Assembly: GCF_035084215.1 (NCBI RefSeq)
Contig: NW_027138483.1
Span: forward strand, 310,001 to 374,000
DNA: 64,000 nt
Direction of reading: 5' to 3'
From: Heptranchias perlo
Taxonomy: Eukaryota
Below are positions 25,285-38,224 of this stretch, piece after piece. Position 1 is the stretch's first letter. The number at the start of each line of letters is the position of its first letter. Position numbers and translations under genes: made by a program. The notes beneath the pieces were generated by a model, which worked only from the letters and a program-made list of their open reading frames with translations, was not told where the DNA came from and did not search any database.

Positions 25285-26095
25285 GCATCTAGTGTAATTG
25301 TAGGGTGCCACCAGTAACGGTGGAGCGAGGTTTTCTCTAGTGTATGTGTGGTATTCCATGAGTCTCAGAGGAGCACAGTTATCTGGTGTAAGTGTGGTAT
25401 ACCATGAGTACCTGAGGAGCGCGGATATCTCTCGTGTAAGCATGGTATACCATGAATACCTGATGAGCGCGGTTATCTCTCGTGTGTGTGTGGTATACCA
25501 TGAGTACCTGAGAAGCGCGGTTATCTCTCGTGTAAGTGTTGTATACCATGAGTACACGAGGAGCACAGTTATCACTAGTGTTTGTGTGGTATACCATGAG
25601 TACCTGAGGATCGCGGTTATCTCGAGTGTAAGTGTGGTATACCATGAGTATCTGAGGCACGCGGATATCTCTAGTGTAAGGGTTACCACAAGTACAGGAG
25701 GAGCACGGTCACATCTAATGTAAGTGTAGGGGCACCACTATTACCGGAGGAGCACGGTCACCTCTATTGTAAGTGTAGGGGACCCACTAGAACCGGAGTA
25801 GCACGGTCACCTCTATTGTAAGTGTAGGGGCACCACTAGTACAGGAGGAGCACGGTCATCTCTATTGTAAGTGTAGGGGTACCACTGGAACCGGAGGAGC
25901 ACGGTCACCTCTATTGTAAGTGTAGGGGACCCACTAGTACAGGAGGAGCACAGTCACCTCTATTGTAAGTGTAGGGGACCCACTAGTACAGGAGGAGCAC
26001 GGTCACCTCTATTGTAAGTGTAGGGGACCCACTAGTACAGGAGGAGCACGGTCACCTCTATTGTAAGTGTAGGGGCACCACTAGTACCGGAGAAG
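25285..26095. repeat. 48/49-bp satellite directly upstream of the gene B promoter
   Basis: 48-bp tataccatgagta units followed by 49-bp units (attgtaag at 25962, 26011, 26060). Confidence 0.92.
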
Positions 26096-26407
26096 GGTGA
26101 TCAGGTTTAATGCTGCAAGACTGAGGTCATCACCAGTATTGCAGGATTAGGTTCCGCACCTGTTGCTGGTGGAGTTGGGTCACCGGGAGTGAGTCTAAGG
26201 CAAGGTCAGGGCGATTACTTCAAATGTAGCTGCCTCCACCAGTCCTGTAGTTATAGGGTCAGGACGAGTATTGGGAGATTCACACTTTCCATTTGTAAAG
26301 AATGTTTTAAATGTGTGATTTTTTAAACTGTCCACTAATAATTCCAGACCAAAAAAGAACTTCCCTTAGTCTATTTGACTGTGAGCAATGTTAATTATGA
26401 TGTAACC

Positions 26408-26442
26408 TGATTGACTCCCTGGTGAATTGATATGGGTATAAA
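26408..26442 (+). promoter_or_regulatory. Putative core promoter of gene B (TATAAA 26437-26442)
   Basis: Same motif order and spacing as the gene A promoter. Confidence 0.55.
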
Positions 26443-26524
26443 TATAGTGATCCCTTCTCCCGTCTCAGCCAGGCACTAGTCAGAGACATTCAGCTCCGAC
26501 AGAATTCATCCATTCTCACAGAAA

Positions 26525-27962
26525 ATGGGGCAAATAACTACACTGCTGATAAAAGAGATTTACTACCCGATTCTCGCAGCCGTCGGTGTCCCAGGTGAGC
26601 TATTTTAACCTGTTAGTTGTTATTCGCTGTTAATTGTATCACTGTTCTTACCGCATGTTGGATAAGGTAACGTATTTCCCAGATGTCAGCATTACACAGT
26701 CAGTAGTTACCGGAACCAACTCGTGAACCATGAGTCTGCAATTTCTGCGTTCCCCTTAATCTGATCATTTCACTGATGTTACAATATTCTTTGAAGCTCC
26801 AATACAAGCGTTTTAGCGGAATTACGGACCGTTTCTTCACCCCGTGCAGAGTGAGCGCTGCAGCAGCTCATTCCACTGTGTGGGTCGGTTTCCCAGGCAG
26901 TGACTCGAATATTAATCCTGCTCTCACACTGCTCCGTGTTGATAATCACACTGAATGGAGCAAAATGCTTTCAACAGGTATCTGCAAATATATTTGCAAT
27001 TAGACACTGGAATATTATTTCTCTCCTCTCTCTTTCTTACAGCGAACTTGATGACAATTGTGATTCTCTCAAGAGGAAACTGCGGCCTTTCGAATTGTAT
27101 CTCTGTCTACATGGTGGCCATGGCAACAGCGGATCTCCTGGTCATGATCATCAATATAATCGTGTATTATATTTTCAGTTATCACTTCCCACTTTCATTC
27201 CTCTCCCACACTCCCGTGTGTAGGTTCATTTTATACATGGCCACTGTCACCCTCGATTTGTCTGTTTGGTTCACCGTCTCTTTCACATTTGACCGTTTTG
27301 TAGCTCTCTGCTGCCGGAAGTTTAAAACCAATTATTGCACCGAGAGAACTACGGCCGCGGTTATAACAACGGTCTCTGTCCTTATTTTTTTAAAGGGCAT
27401 CCCCATTTTGTTTGTATATTCACATGAACAAATAATTAACAAAGTTCAGTGGGGCTGCCGGTCTAGTGAGGCTTTTCTCTCCTCACCTCCAGCAATACCG
27501 TACGGCTGGTTTCACGGCATCTCGCTCATTTGGCTTCCTTTTACTTTAATTGCCTTGTTTAATTCTTTGACCATCAGACGGATTGCAATGGCGAATAGAA
27601 CCCGCAGGAGACTCCGGGATCACAACAGTGAGAATCAGAGTGATCCAGAAATAGGGAACCGAAGGAAATCCATCATTTTACTGTTCACTATATCGGGCAG
27701 TTTTATACTGTTATGGCTGACAACTTCTGTGAGTTTTGTAACTACCAGACTGACAAACACCAATTATTACCGAGGGGACCGCACAAACCCAGCATATATC
27801 GCCGCAGAAACCGGAGCGATGCTGAAGTATTTGAGTTGTTGTCCAAACACGTGTATTTATGCAGCTACCCAGAGGAAATTCAGAGAAGAGCTGAAGAAGC
27901 TGCTGAAATCTCCCTGGACACTGATTCTAAGATTGGTTAAAAATGAAAGAAATGCGAACTAG
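26525..27962 (+). CDS. GPR139/GPR142-like class A orphan GPCR, copy B. Exon 1 26525-26594, exon 2 27043-27962, 329 aa
   Basis: Exon 1 MGQITTLLIKEIYYPILAAVGVP, CAG|GTGAGC donor, acceptor AG at 27041-27042. Splicing gives GVPANL. 7TM motifs as in A; no stops or frameshifts. Confidence 0.93.
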
Positions 27963-28142
27963 AGCTCCCTTTGGGACATTAGATTTCACTTTCAGCCTCT
28001 ATTCCAGTTTAGACTGAGGTTCCCTCTCCTCACCGCTACATAAAGATGGTTCTTATAAAAACCCACAGGTCTGCGATTACATATGTGATTTCAATTCCAT
28101 TTCATGCTAACTTTGACCGATGGTTTCTAAAGTTCATTGGCC

Positions 28143-30040
28143 CACAGCACTAGTTAACCTTCCCGCTCGGAGATTGGTCCCAGCTCTGTTGAGGTGCAAC
28201 CCGTTCATCTTGAACAGATCCCTCCTTCCCCAGAACAGAACCCAATGCCCTTGGAATCTGAATCCGTCCCTCCCGCTCATTAACCTGTCTGAACCTAATA
28301 TTCCTATACTCACTAGCCCGTGGCACTGGGAGTAATCCAGAGATTACTTCATTTGAGGTCTCGTTTTTTGCTTCCTCCCTTGCTCCTGAAACTCTGAGTG
28401 CAGGACCTTGACCCTTTTCCTTCCTATGTCATTGGTTCCCACAGGAACCACAACTTCTGGCTGTTCCCCTCCCCCCTCAAAATGCTGTGCCCCCTCTCAG
28501 TGATGCACTTTACCCTGGCGCCATGGAGGCAACACACCACGCAAGACTCACGTCAGTGGTTACAGAAACGCCTGTCTATACCCGTGACTATTAAATTCGC
28601 TAACAACTGCATCTAAGTGTGGACTAACAAAGATTCTATACAGGTTTAACATAATTTCCCGGTTTTTCAGTTGTAATCCTCTAGAAATGAACCCCAGAGC
28701 TTTATTTGAATTTCATGCTGTATTTAATCTGAGTTTTCTCTGTTTTCGGTTTTGCAGCCAGCTTGCTACCGTTCTGTTACTTGTCCCCTGAATCCGCATG
28801 TTCTGACTTAAATCCTGAATCTATTAAGCGGTACTTTATCGAAGCCTTTTTGAAAATACAAGTGTATTATATCCACTGGATTACTCGGCCTACTCTTCCT
28901 TTTACTTCTTCAAAAAATTCAATTAGGTTGGTTAAGCGTGACCTTCCCTTTTGAAATCCGTGCTGATTATCCTTTATTATATTTTCGGTTTCCAGATGTT
29001 TTTCCATTATATTTACTGATGTGAAGTTCACTGGTCTATAATTGCCTGTATTGGTTCTATTTCTCTTTCTAAATATGAATAACATTAGCTGATCTCCAGC
29101 CATCTTGCACTATTCCCTTTTCTGCTGTTTCTTCTCTAGTTTCTTTTATTCTGCATGGATGCAATCCACCGAGACCCGACGTTTTATCCTCTCTCAGTTT
29201 GTTTAGTTTATCAATGATCTCCCCCATTCCAGCATTGGTGCCAAAGTCCCACGAAATGGAACCCCTCTTTTCCACACGACTCTTTCAACAACGCATTCAC
29301 CGTTCTGATCTGTTTATCCCCATTGCCAATTGGCACGTCTCTAGGGTAGTAATCCTCAGATTACCACCCTTGGGGTCCTACGTTTCTGATACTCCCTCTT
29401 GATACTCCCTTAACAGGACCGCCTCCTTGTTCTTCCCTGTGTCATTGGTCCCGATATGGACCACAAAAACCGTATCTTCCCCCTCCCTTTCCAAGTTCCT
29501 CTCCAGTTCCTTCAAGATACCATTTACCCTTGCATCAGGTAGGCGACCACCCTTTACACTCGGTGGTGGCAGCAGAGGGTGCTATCTAACCCCCTACATA
29601 TCGAATCTCCGATGATAACAATCCAAAACATTTCTTTTCTGCTCCTCCCCGCCCCCCCCCCCCCCCGTCCCCTTGGACTGCCTCCTACTCCACGGTGTCT
29701 TGGATGTGATTCTGGTCATTCTCCCTGCAAACTTTATCCTTATTCTCACAGGTAGCAATTAGATCGGGCACGTGCCTGTGGTATTTCCTTCTCTACCAAC
29801 CCTAAGCCCCGCCCCCCCCACACTGCTGACTGACAGTCTCACTCTGCCCTTCATGCACCTGTGTTTTACGATGAGGTGTGTCTGCACTTTGGAGTAAACT
29901 ATCCATATATTCCTTCCCCTCCCCTATCTGTCTCTCACTCGCACTCCAGCTCAATGACTCTGAGTCATAGTGTCTCAAGGCAGAGGCGTTTCCCACAGGT
30001 GTGGACAACCGGCTCAGTCTCGCTGTCTACAATTTCCCAC
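28143..30040 (-). mobile_element. Decayed CR1 fragments (ORF1-like 28143-28610, ORF2 pieces to ~29220, ORF1-like beyond)
   Basis: 28143-28270 aligns by eye to CR1 ORF1 at ~60597-60726; NYRPVNFTS and QHGFQKGRSRLTNLIEFFE in ORF 28867-29103. Confidence 0.8.
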
Positions 30041-30042
30041 TT

Positions 30043-30272
30043 ACTGCAGTCCCCACACACTGCCTGTGCTATCAGTTCATACTGCAATCCTCACACATTG
30101 CCTGTGCTATCAGTTCATACTGCAGTCCCCACACACTGCCTGTGCTATCAGTTCATACTGCAATCCTCACACATTGTCTGTGCTATCAGTTCATACTGTC
30201 GTCCTCACACACTGCCTGCGCTATCAGTTCATACTGAAGTCCTCACACACTGCCTGTGCTATCAGTTCATAC
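30043..30272. repeat. 38-bp tandem repeat, 6 copies
   Basis: Unit actgcagtccccacacactgcctgtgctatcagttcat; tgcctg at 30061 and 30099. Confidence 0.95.
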
Positions 30273-33176
30273 TTAACAGAAACTTTGAATGAGCTTTCCT
30301 CTGTTGACCAATGGATCCTTAACACTCTGTTGAAAGTTAATGGCCAATATTATGAGAATTTTATATCTTAATAAATGGGCACAAAATTTGAAAAATAAAG
30401 AAAATAAATATTCCAAGAAATGTAACCACTTTATCTCTATTGATGGAATTGTGACGATAATCGCTAGGAACCTGGGAAGGTTTTCCACTTTGCGGGGTTA
30501 CGGTATGTCATTTACTTTCGCAACCCTAGCCTGTGACATTGGACAGCTGAATATCGACACTCCAAGATATTCCCCAAACTCCGCTGTCTGGGCCTTAAGT
30601 GTGCAGCCGCTGCCTGGGGTCGTCAGTGATGCGGCTGATGGAAATGGCTAACAGAAAGGAACATTTTAACCGCTAAATAAATGCTGGAAATCCCCGCGTT
30701 TGTGGAACGTTTTCTTTCATTTCTCCCACTCTCTCTCCCTCTCTGCATTTCCTGGACTAACGTCGATTCTGATTCTTGCTTCTGCAAATTGAAATGTAAC
30801 ACGCGATAAATAGTCTCAGCACAGTCACAATATTAACAGAAAAGGTAGACGATGGAATGATGCATTTCTAAAAGCTTAGGGTTTGTTGCTGGCGAGAGGA
30901 TCTGTGAATGTTTATTATTAACTCTGTGGTGATCTTTTTCTCCTCTCCTGTGAAAAATAAGCGAAATAAAATACCACAGCTGAAGTGAATCAGCAAAAAT
31001 TGTTTCCCTGTCTCTGATCTCTCAATACCTGGGCAGCTGCTCATTCCCAGTCACTGACTTGCTGCACACGTGTAGTGCTTTTACAATCCGCACCTTTAAA
31101 AAGCATGAGATGAAATTATCTGTGGAGCCTTTTTCAGAGACCTGGTGTTCTGACCCTGCCTGTGCTCCTGGCAGGTGGAAGGAAAGGTGAAGCGAGTGTA
31201 ATTTCCTTTCACAGTCAGCAGGGGGCGCTGTATATCTGGTGAGCTGCGATTTCGCATTGCTGAGAGGATGAGCCTCAGCATGTTTTTACCGTTAGGTTTT
31301 TGCCCCTTAATAAACCAAATATACATTGGGCCGGATTTTGCTGTGAACGACGCCAGCCTTTCGTTAGACTTGCTCTTAGTTAAAGGCTTTCTCTGGGGTT
31401 TTGACGGCACGTTGCTGTCAACGGGGCAGCCAAATGGCGTTGCGCCCTCTAATAGACATCTGGTCGCTTTGTGAACAGCTCAAGCAACTTCGTATCTCCA
31501 TGACCAATCAGATTGAAGAATCGTTAATGATGAGCAGAACAGAGTCTCGACCAGGAAGTTTAAGTTGGAATAATGAATTCAATGTCAAATTAGGTGCAGT
31601 GAGTGAAGTAAAGAGAGGGATAGAAAAAGTCTTTTAAAATGTTTCAAAATACTTTTTAAATGTCCGACAATAATTAGAAGCTGAAGGAAAGAGACTCCAT
31701 ACTTGTAAACGTTAATTTTCAGGGCCAGAGAGATTGTTTGGCAGTAATTAAGACTTACCACGCTGTTAAAAAGGAACTTACACTGGAATGGACAAGCCCC
31801 AGCGTTTTGTGGCGAGTTTAGTCCCTATCTATGAGGTAAGTATAGAAATTTCACGCTGTTCAGCTGTCCAGCCGATGGAATGCATCTCGCTAAAATTATA
31901 AATCGGCAGACCAAAATAAAACACATGAATGTCAATAAATTTTAAAGGAAATTTGAAACAACACAGCAATCAATATTTGCGGTGCCCATCAATCACAGAG
32001 TTTGTAAAGATCGAACGAACACAAAGCGCTGTCTGTATGCCATGTGTAACCGCGTGTACTGAATAGAACAATGGAAGCAGTCAGAGACATCTCCTCTGAT
32101 GATCTCACACATGCTGCAGTGTGAACGGTGGATTTGACCATTCCCAGGGGCAGCCTCTCCTCGACATCTTCCAATCTGTAACCCCTATACTGCAGGATAA
32201 ATTCGGAAACAGTTTCATCCGAGGCACAAAAACTGGCGGGAGGACAAAGTTTTAGTTAATTGCCTCAGGTCGCCATCTGATGCCTTCGCACCGAGCAACG
32301 CTCTCAAACCCGGTCTGCAGTGTTACCGGACTGAACTCCGATGCACAGCCTTGGTAAAAGCGGAGGGGGCATTAGATGCTACTGTCTCTGCACCAACACA
32401 CACAGTGGATTAATCCTTCTCAATATCTGAAAGTATTGATTGCCTCAAATGTCCTGATTGTTATAAATTCCCACTTCTCACGTTACTTTATCATTTTTAC
32501 TGGGTCGTTGATTAAGATTAATAGCAGTCAGGATCCCTGTGTTACATTTAATAACAACAAATAAAAACGTTATGTTTGATGTTGCCAGACAGCCTACAAG
32601 TATTTCTAATTAATCGAGATCTCATAAAAAAGCAGATAAAACAAGGCAACAACTGTTAACATTAAATAAATGCTGAAACCTCGCAAGACTGCGAACGAGA
32701 CAGCGGCTCCTCCTTATTCCCTGGAGAAGGGATGAGACGGTCGGTGCAGCTGACACCAGTCCAAGAAATATTTTCATCATATTTCCCGGAAAAAGTAAAT
32801 TCACCAGGAGTTCTAAACGACCGAATCTTTACCTAAAACGGATGGATTTTCCTGTCAATTACACGGCAGAATTTAATTACCGTCCTCGCACAGTGATATT
32901 AAACTCGGTGATCAAATATTCTATTCCACTATTAAAGCTCACTTCATCTCTGAGACAGAAGTAACGGCTGATATCCTTACATTTTAGGAATCACTCGGCC
33001 AATGAACTTTAGAAACCATCGGTCAAAGTTAGCATGAAATGGAATTGAAATCACATATGTAATCGCAGACCTGTGGGTTTTTATAAGAACCATCTTTATG
33101 TAGCGGTGAGGAGAGGGAACCTCAGTCTAAACTGGAATAGAGGCTGAAAGTGAAATCTAATGTCCCAAAGGGAGCT

Positions 33177-34614
33177 CTAGTTCGCATTTCTTTCATTTTT
33201 AACCAATCTTAGAATCAGTGTCCAGGGAGATTTCAGCAGCTTCTTCAGCTCTTCTCTGAATTTCCTCTGGGTAGCTGCATAAATACACGTGTTTGGACAA
33301 CAACTCAAATACTTCAGCATCGCTCCGGTTTCTGCGGCGATATATGCTGGGTTTGTGCGGTCCCCTCGGTAATAATTGGTGTTTGTCAGTCTGGTAGTTA
33401 CAAAACTCACAGAAGTTGTCAGCCATAACAGTATAAAACTGCCCGATATAGTGAACAGTAAAATGATGGATTTCCTTCGGTTCCCTATTTCTGGATCACT
33501 CTGATTCTCACTGTTGTGATCCCGGAGTCTCCTGCGGGTTCTATTCGCCATTGCAATCCGTCTGATGGTCAAAGAATTAAACAAGGCAATTAAAGTAAAA
33601 GGAAGCCAAATGAGCGAGATGCCGTGAAACCAGCCGTACGGTATTGCTGGAGGTGAGGAGAGAAAAGCCTCACTAGACCGGCAGCCCCACTGAACTTTGT
33701 TAATTATTTGTTCATGTGAATATACAAACAAAATGGGGATGCCCTTTAAAAAAATAAGGACAGAGACCGTTGTTATAACCGCGGCCGTAGTTCTCTCGGT
33801 GCAATAATTGGTTTTAAACTTCCGGCAGCAGAGAGCTACAAAACGGTCAAATGTGAAAGAGACGGTGAACCAAACAGACAAATCGAGGGTGACAGTGGCC
33901 ATGTATAAAATGAACCTACACACGGGAGTGTGGGAGAGGAATGAAAGTGGGAAGTGATAACTGAAAATATAATACACGATTATATTGATGATCATGACCA
34001 GGAGATCCGCTGTTGCCATGGCCACCATGTAGACAGAGATACAATTCGAAAGGCCGCAGTTTCCTCTTGAGAGAATCACAATTGTCATCAAGTTCGCTGT
34101 AAGAAAGAGAGAGGAGAGAAATAATATTCCAGTGTCTAATTGCAAATATATTTGCAGATACCTGTTGAAAGCATTTTGCTCCATTCAGTGTGATTATCAA
34201 CACGGAGCAGTGTGAGAGCAGGATTAATATTCGAGTCACTGCCTGGGAAACCGACCCACACAGTGGAATGAGCTGCTGCAGCGCTCACTCTGCACGGGGT
34301 GAAGAAACGGTCCGTAATTCCGCTAAAACGCTTGTATTGGAGCTTCAAAGAATATTGTAACATCAGTGAAATGATCAGATTAAGGGGAACGCAGAAATTG
34401 CAGACCCATGGTTCACGAGTTGGTTCCGGTAACTACTGACTGTGTAATGCTGACATCTGGGAAATACGTTACCTTATCCAACATGCGGTAAGAACAGTGA
34501 TACAATTAACAGCGAATAACAACTAACAGGTTAAAATAGCTCACCTGGGACACCGACGGCTGCGAGAATCGGGTAGTAAATCTCTTTTATCAGCAGTGTA
34601 GTTATTTGCCCCAT
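33177..34614 (-). CDS. GPR139/GPR142-like GPCR, copy B'. Exon 1 34614-34545, exon 2 34096-33177, 329 aa
   Basis: Mirror of B. Line-by-line comparison of exon 2 showed no differences; splice sites intact. Confidence 0.93.
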
Positions 34615-34696
34615 TTTCTGTGAGAATGGATGAATTCTGTCGGAGCTGAATGTCTCTGACTAGTGCCTGGCTGAGACGGGAGAAGGGATCACTATA

Positions 34697-34731
34697 TTTA
34701 TACCCATATCAATTCACCAGGGAGTCAATCA
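34697..34731 (-). promoter_or_regulatory. Putative core promoter of B'
   Basis: tttata at 34697-34702; mirror of the B promoter. Confidence 0.55.
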
Positions 34732-35043
34732 GGTTACATCATAATTAACATTGCTCACAGTCAAATAGACTAAGGGAAGTTCTTTTTTGGTCTGGAATTA
34801 TTAGTGGACAGTTTAAAAAATCACACATTTAAAACATTCTTTACAAATGGAAAGTGTGAATCTCCCAATACTCGTCCTGACCCTATAACTACAGGACTGG
34901 TGGAGGCAGCTACATTTGAAGTAATCGCCCTGACCTTGCCTTAGACTCACTCCCGGTGACCCAACTCCACCAGCAACAGGTGCGGAACCTAATCCTGCAA
35001 TACTGGTGATGACCTCAGTCTTGCAGCATTAAACCTGATCACC

Positions 35044-35854
35044 CTTCTCCGGTACTAGTGGTGCCCCTACACTTACAATAGAGGTGACCGTGCTCCTCCT
35101 GTACTAGTGGGTCCCCTACACTTACAATAGAGGTGACCGTGCTCCTCCTGTACTAGTGGGTCCCCTACACTTACAATAGAGGTGACTGTGCTCCTCCTGT
35201 ACTAGTGGGTCCCCTACACTTACAATAGAGGTGACCGTGCTCCTCCGGTTCCAGTGGTACCCCTACACTTACAATAGAGATGACCGTGCTCCTCCTGTAC
35301 TAGTGGTGCCCCTACACTTACAATAGAGGTGACCGTGCTACTCCGGTTCTAGTGGGTCCCCTACACTTACAATAGAGGTGACCGTGCTCCTCCGGTAATA
35401 GTGGTGCCCCTACACTTACATTAGATGTGACCGTGCTCCTCCTGTACTTGTGGTAACCCTTACACTAGAGATATCCGCGTGCCTCAGATACTCATGGTAT
35501 ACCACACTTACACTCGAGATAACCGCGATCCTCAGGTACTCATGGTATACCACACAAACACTAGTGATAACTGTGCTCCTCGTGTACTCATGGTATACAA
35601 CACTTACACGAGAGATAACCGCGCTTCTCAGGTACTCATGGTATACCACACACACACGAGAGATAACCGCGCTCATCAGGTATTCATGGTATACCATGCT
35701 TACACGAGAGATATCCGCGCTCCTCAGGTACTCATGGTATACCACACTTACACCAGATAACTGTGCTCCTCTGAGACTCATGGAATACCACACATACACT
35801 AGAGAAAACCTCGCTCCACCGTTACTGGTGGCACCCTACAATTACACTAGATGC
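35044..35854. repeat. 48/49-bp satellite (mirror copy)
   Basis: Reverse complement of 25285-26095. Confidence 0.92.
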
Positions 35855-35858
35855 ATTT

Positions 35859-38224
35859 TAGTGACTTAGTGTGATAGTAGGTACAGAACAGGAGAATGCC
35901 ATTCGGCCCATTGTAGTATACATGAATTTTCAAAAGACATTCGATAAGGTGAGTCACAACGGGTAGTTACACAAGGTAATGGCTCATGGGGTTGGGGGTA
36001 ATATATTAGCATGGATAGAGGATTGATTAAAGGAGAGAAAACAGAGAGTAGGAATAAACGGGTCATTCTCAGGTTGGCAGGCTGTAACTAATGGGTGGCT
36101 GCAGGGATCAGTGCTTGGGCCTCAGCTATTTACAATTTATATTAATAGCTCAGATAAAGGGACCGAGAGTAATGTATCCAAGTTTACTGACGATATAAAG
36201 CTAGCTGAGAAAGTAAGCTTTGAGGAGGACTGCAAATGGTCTGCAAAGGGATATCGGCAGGTTAAGTGAGTGGGCAAGAAGTTGGCAGATGGAGTATAAT
36301 GTGGAGAAATGTGAGGTTATTCATTTTGGTAGTAAGAAGAGAAAAACTGAATATTTGTTAAATGGTGGAAAAGTATTAAATGTTGGTGTTGAGCGGGATT
36401 TGGGTGTCCTGGTACAAGAAACACAGAAATTTAACATGCAGGTACAGCACGCAATTAGGAAGGCAAATAGTATGTGGGCTTTTATTGCAAGGGGTTTGGA
36501 GTACAATAGTAAGGAGGTCTTGCTGCAATTGTACAAGGCTTTGTTGAGACCACACCTATAGTATTGTAGGCAGTTTTAGTTTCCTTACCTAAGGAAGGAT
36601 AGAAGCCTTAGAGGCGGTGCAGCGAAGGTTCACTCGATTAATTCCTGGGATGAGAGTGTTGTCCTATGAAGAAAGATTGACTCGATTTGGCCTACACTCT
36701 CTGGGGTTTAGAAGAATGATCTCTTTGAAACGTATAATATTTTAAGAGAGCTTGACAGGGTAGACAGAATGATTCCCCTGGCTGGAGAGTCCAGAACGAG
36801 AGGGCATAGTCTCAAGATAAGGGGTGGGACGTTTAGGACTGAGTTGTGGAGCAATTTCTTCACTCAGGGGATCGAGATCATTTGGAATTCTATACCACAG
36901 AGGGCTGTGGATGCTCACTCGTTGCGGATATTCAAGGCTGAGCGAGATAGCTTTTTGGACTCTAGCGGAATCAAGGGATATGGAGATCGAGCGGGAAAGT
37001 GGAGTTGAGGTCGAAGATTAACCATGATCTTACTCAATTGTGGAGCAGGCTTGAGGGGCCGTATGGCCTACTCCTGCTCCTATTTATTATGTTGCTATGT
37101 TCTTATGTAATAATAATGGGGCACTTCAATTATCCAACTATAGACTGGGACAATACAAGTGTAAAGGGCGAAGAGGGGGAGGAATTCCTGAAATGTGTAC
37201 AAGAGAAACTTCTGGATCAATATGTCTCCAGCCAAACCCAGTGGGGGAGCATTTGGGGAACAGTGATCATAATATCCTTAGGTTTAGAATCGTTATGGAA
37301 AAGGACAAGGAACAATCAAATCTAAAAAAAAACTTAACTGCAGGAAGACAAATTTCAGTGAGTTGAAAAGCGATCTCGTTGATGTGGATTGGAATCACAA
37401 ATTGGGAGGCAAAGCAGCAATTGAACAAAGGGCTGCCTTCAAGGAGGAATGGATTGGGGTACAGAGTCGATAGGTTCCTACGAAGTGAAAATCTGGAGCT
37501 CCAATAAGGTGCAGGAGCAGAGAGAACGGGGAATAAATATCTTTGAACGCGGCAGGACAAGTTGAGAAGGTTGTTAAAAAGCATACGGGATCCTGGACGT
37601 TAACAACAGAGGCATAGAGTACAAAAGCAGGGAAGTTATGTTAAACCTCTATAAAACACTGGTTAGGCCTCAGCTGGAGTATTGTGTTCAATTTTGGGTA
37701 CCACACTTTAGGAAAGATGTCAGGCCTTGGAATGGGTATAGAAGAGATTTACAAGAAAGGTTCCAGGGATGAGGGACTTCATATATGTGGGGAGACTGGA
37801 GAATCTGTGGTTGCTCACCTTACAGCAGGGAAAGTTAGGGGATATTTGGTAGAGGTGTTCAAAATCATGAACGGTTTTGATTAAATAAATAAAGTGTAAC
37901 TGTTTCCAGTGGCAGAAGGTTAGGAAACAGAGGACACGGCTATAAGGTGATCAGTGAAAGAGCCAGAGGCGAAATGAGGATATTTTTTGCAGGAAGTTGT
38001 AATGATCTGGAATGCATTGTCAGAAAGAGTGCTGGAAACAGATTCAGAAGTAACTTTTAAAAGGGAATTGGATAAATACTTGAATGGAAAAAAATACGGA
38101 GCTGTGGGGAAAGATCAGAGGGATGGGATTAATTGGATAGCTTTTTCAAAGCGCCAGCACAGGGACGAAGGGCTGAATGGCCTCCTTCTGTGCTGGACCT
38201 ACTATGACATTATGATACTATGAG
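35859..38224 (+). mobile_element. CR1 fragments (mirror copy)
   Basis: Reverse complement of 22915-25280. Confidence 0.85.

Larger units (their letters stand above)
1..28142 (+). repeat. Left arm of a giant inverted repeat (palindrome); runs off the left window edge
   Basis: Nearly every ORF has a mirror ORF on the opposite strand. Coordinate sums are 61139 for the inner part (26955+34184, 14652+46487) and 60995 for the outer part (178+60817). Identity ends after ...agttcattggcc at 28142. Confidence 0.98.
28143..32996. other. Unique 4854-bp palindrome spacer
   Basis: Not mirrored. Contains CR1 fragments, a 38-bp tandem repeat, unassigned sequence and the 3' flank of gene B'. Confidence 0.93.

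Noticed and set aside
26416-26425. Olf/EBF site suggesting an olfactory-receptor-type promoter
   Set aside because: One mismatch in B (TCCCTGGTGA) but three in A (TCCCTGGACG); not conserved enough.
29861-30371. Overlapping repetitive ORFs in the spacer
   Set aside because: Translations of the 38-bp tandem repeat in three frames.
31328-31870. Possible non-autonomous DNA transposon starting gggccggattttg
   Set aside because: No matching terminal inverted repeat or target-site duplication was found.
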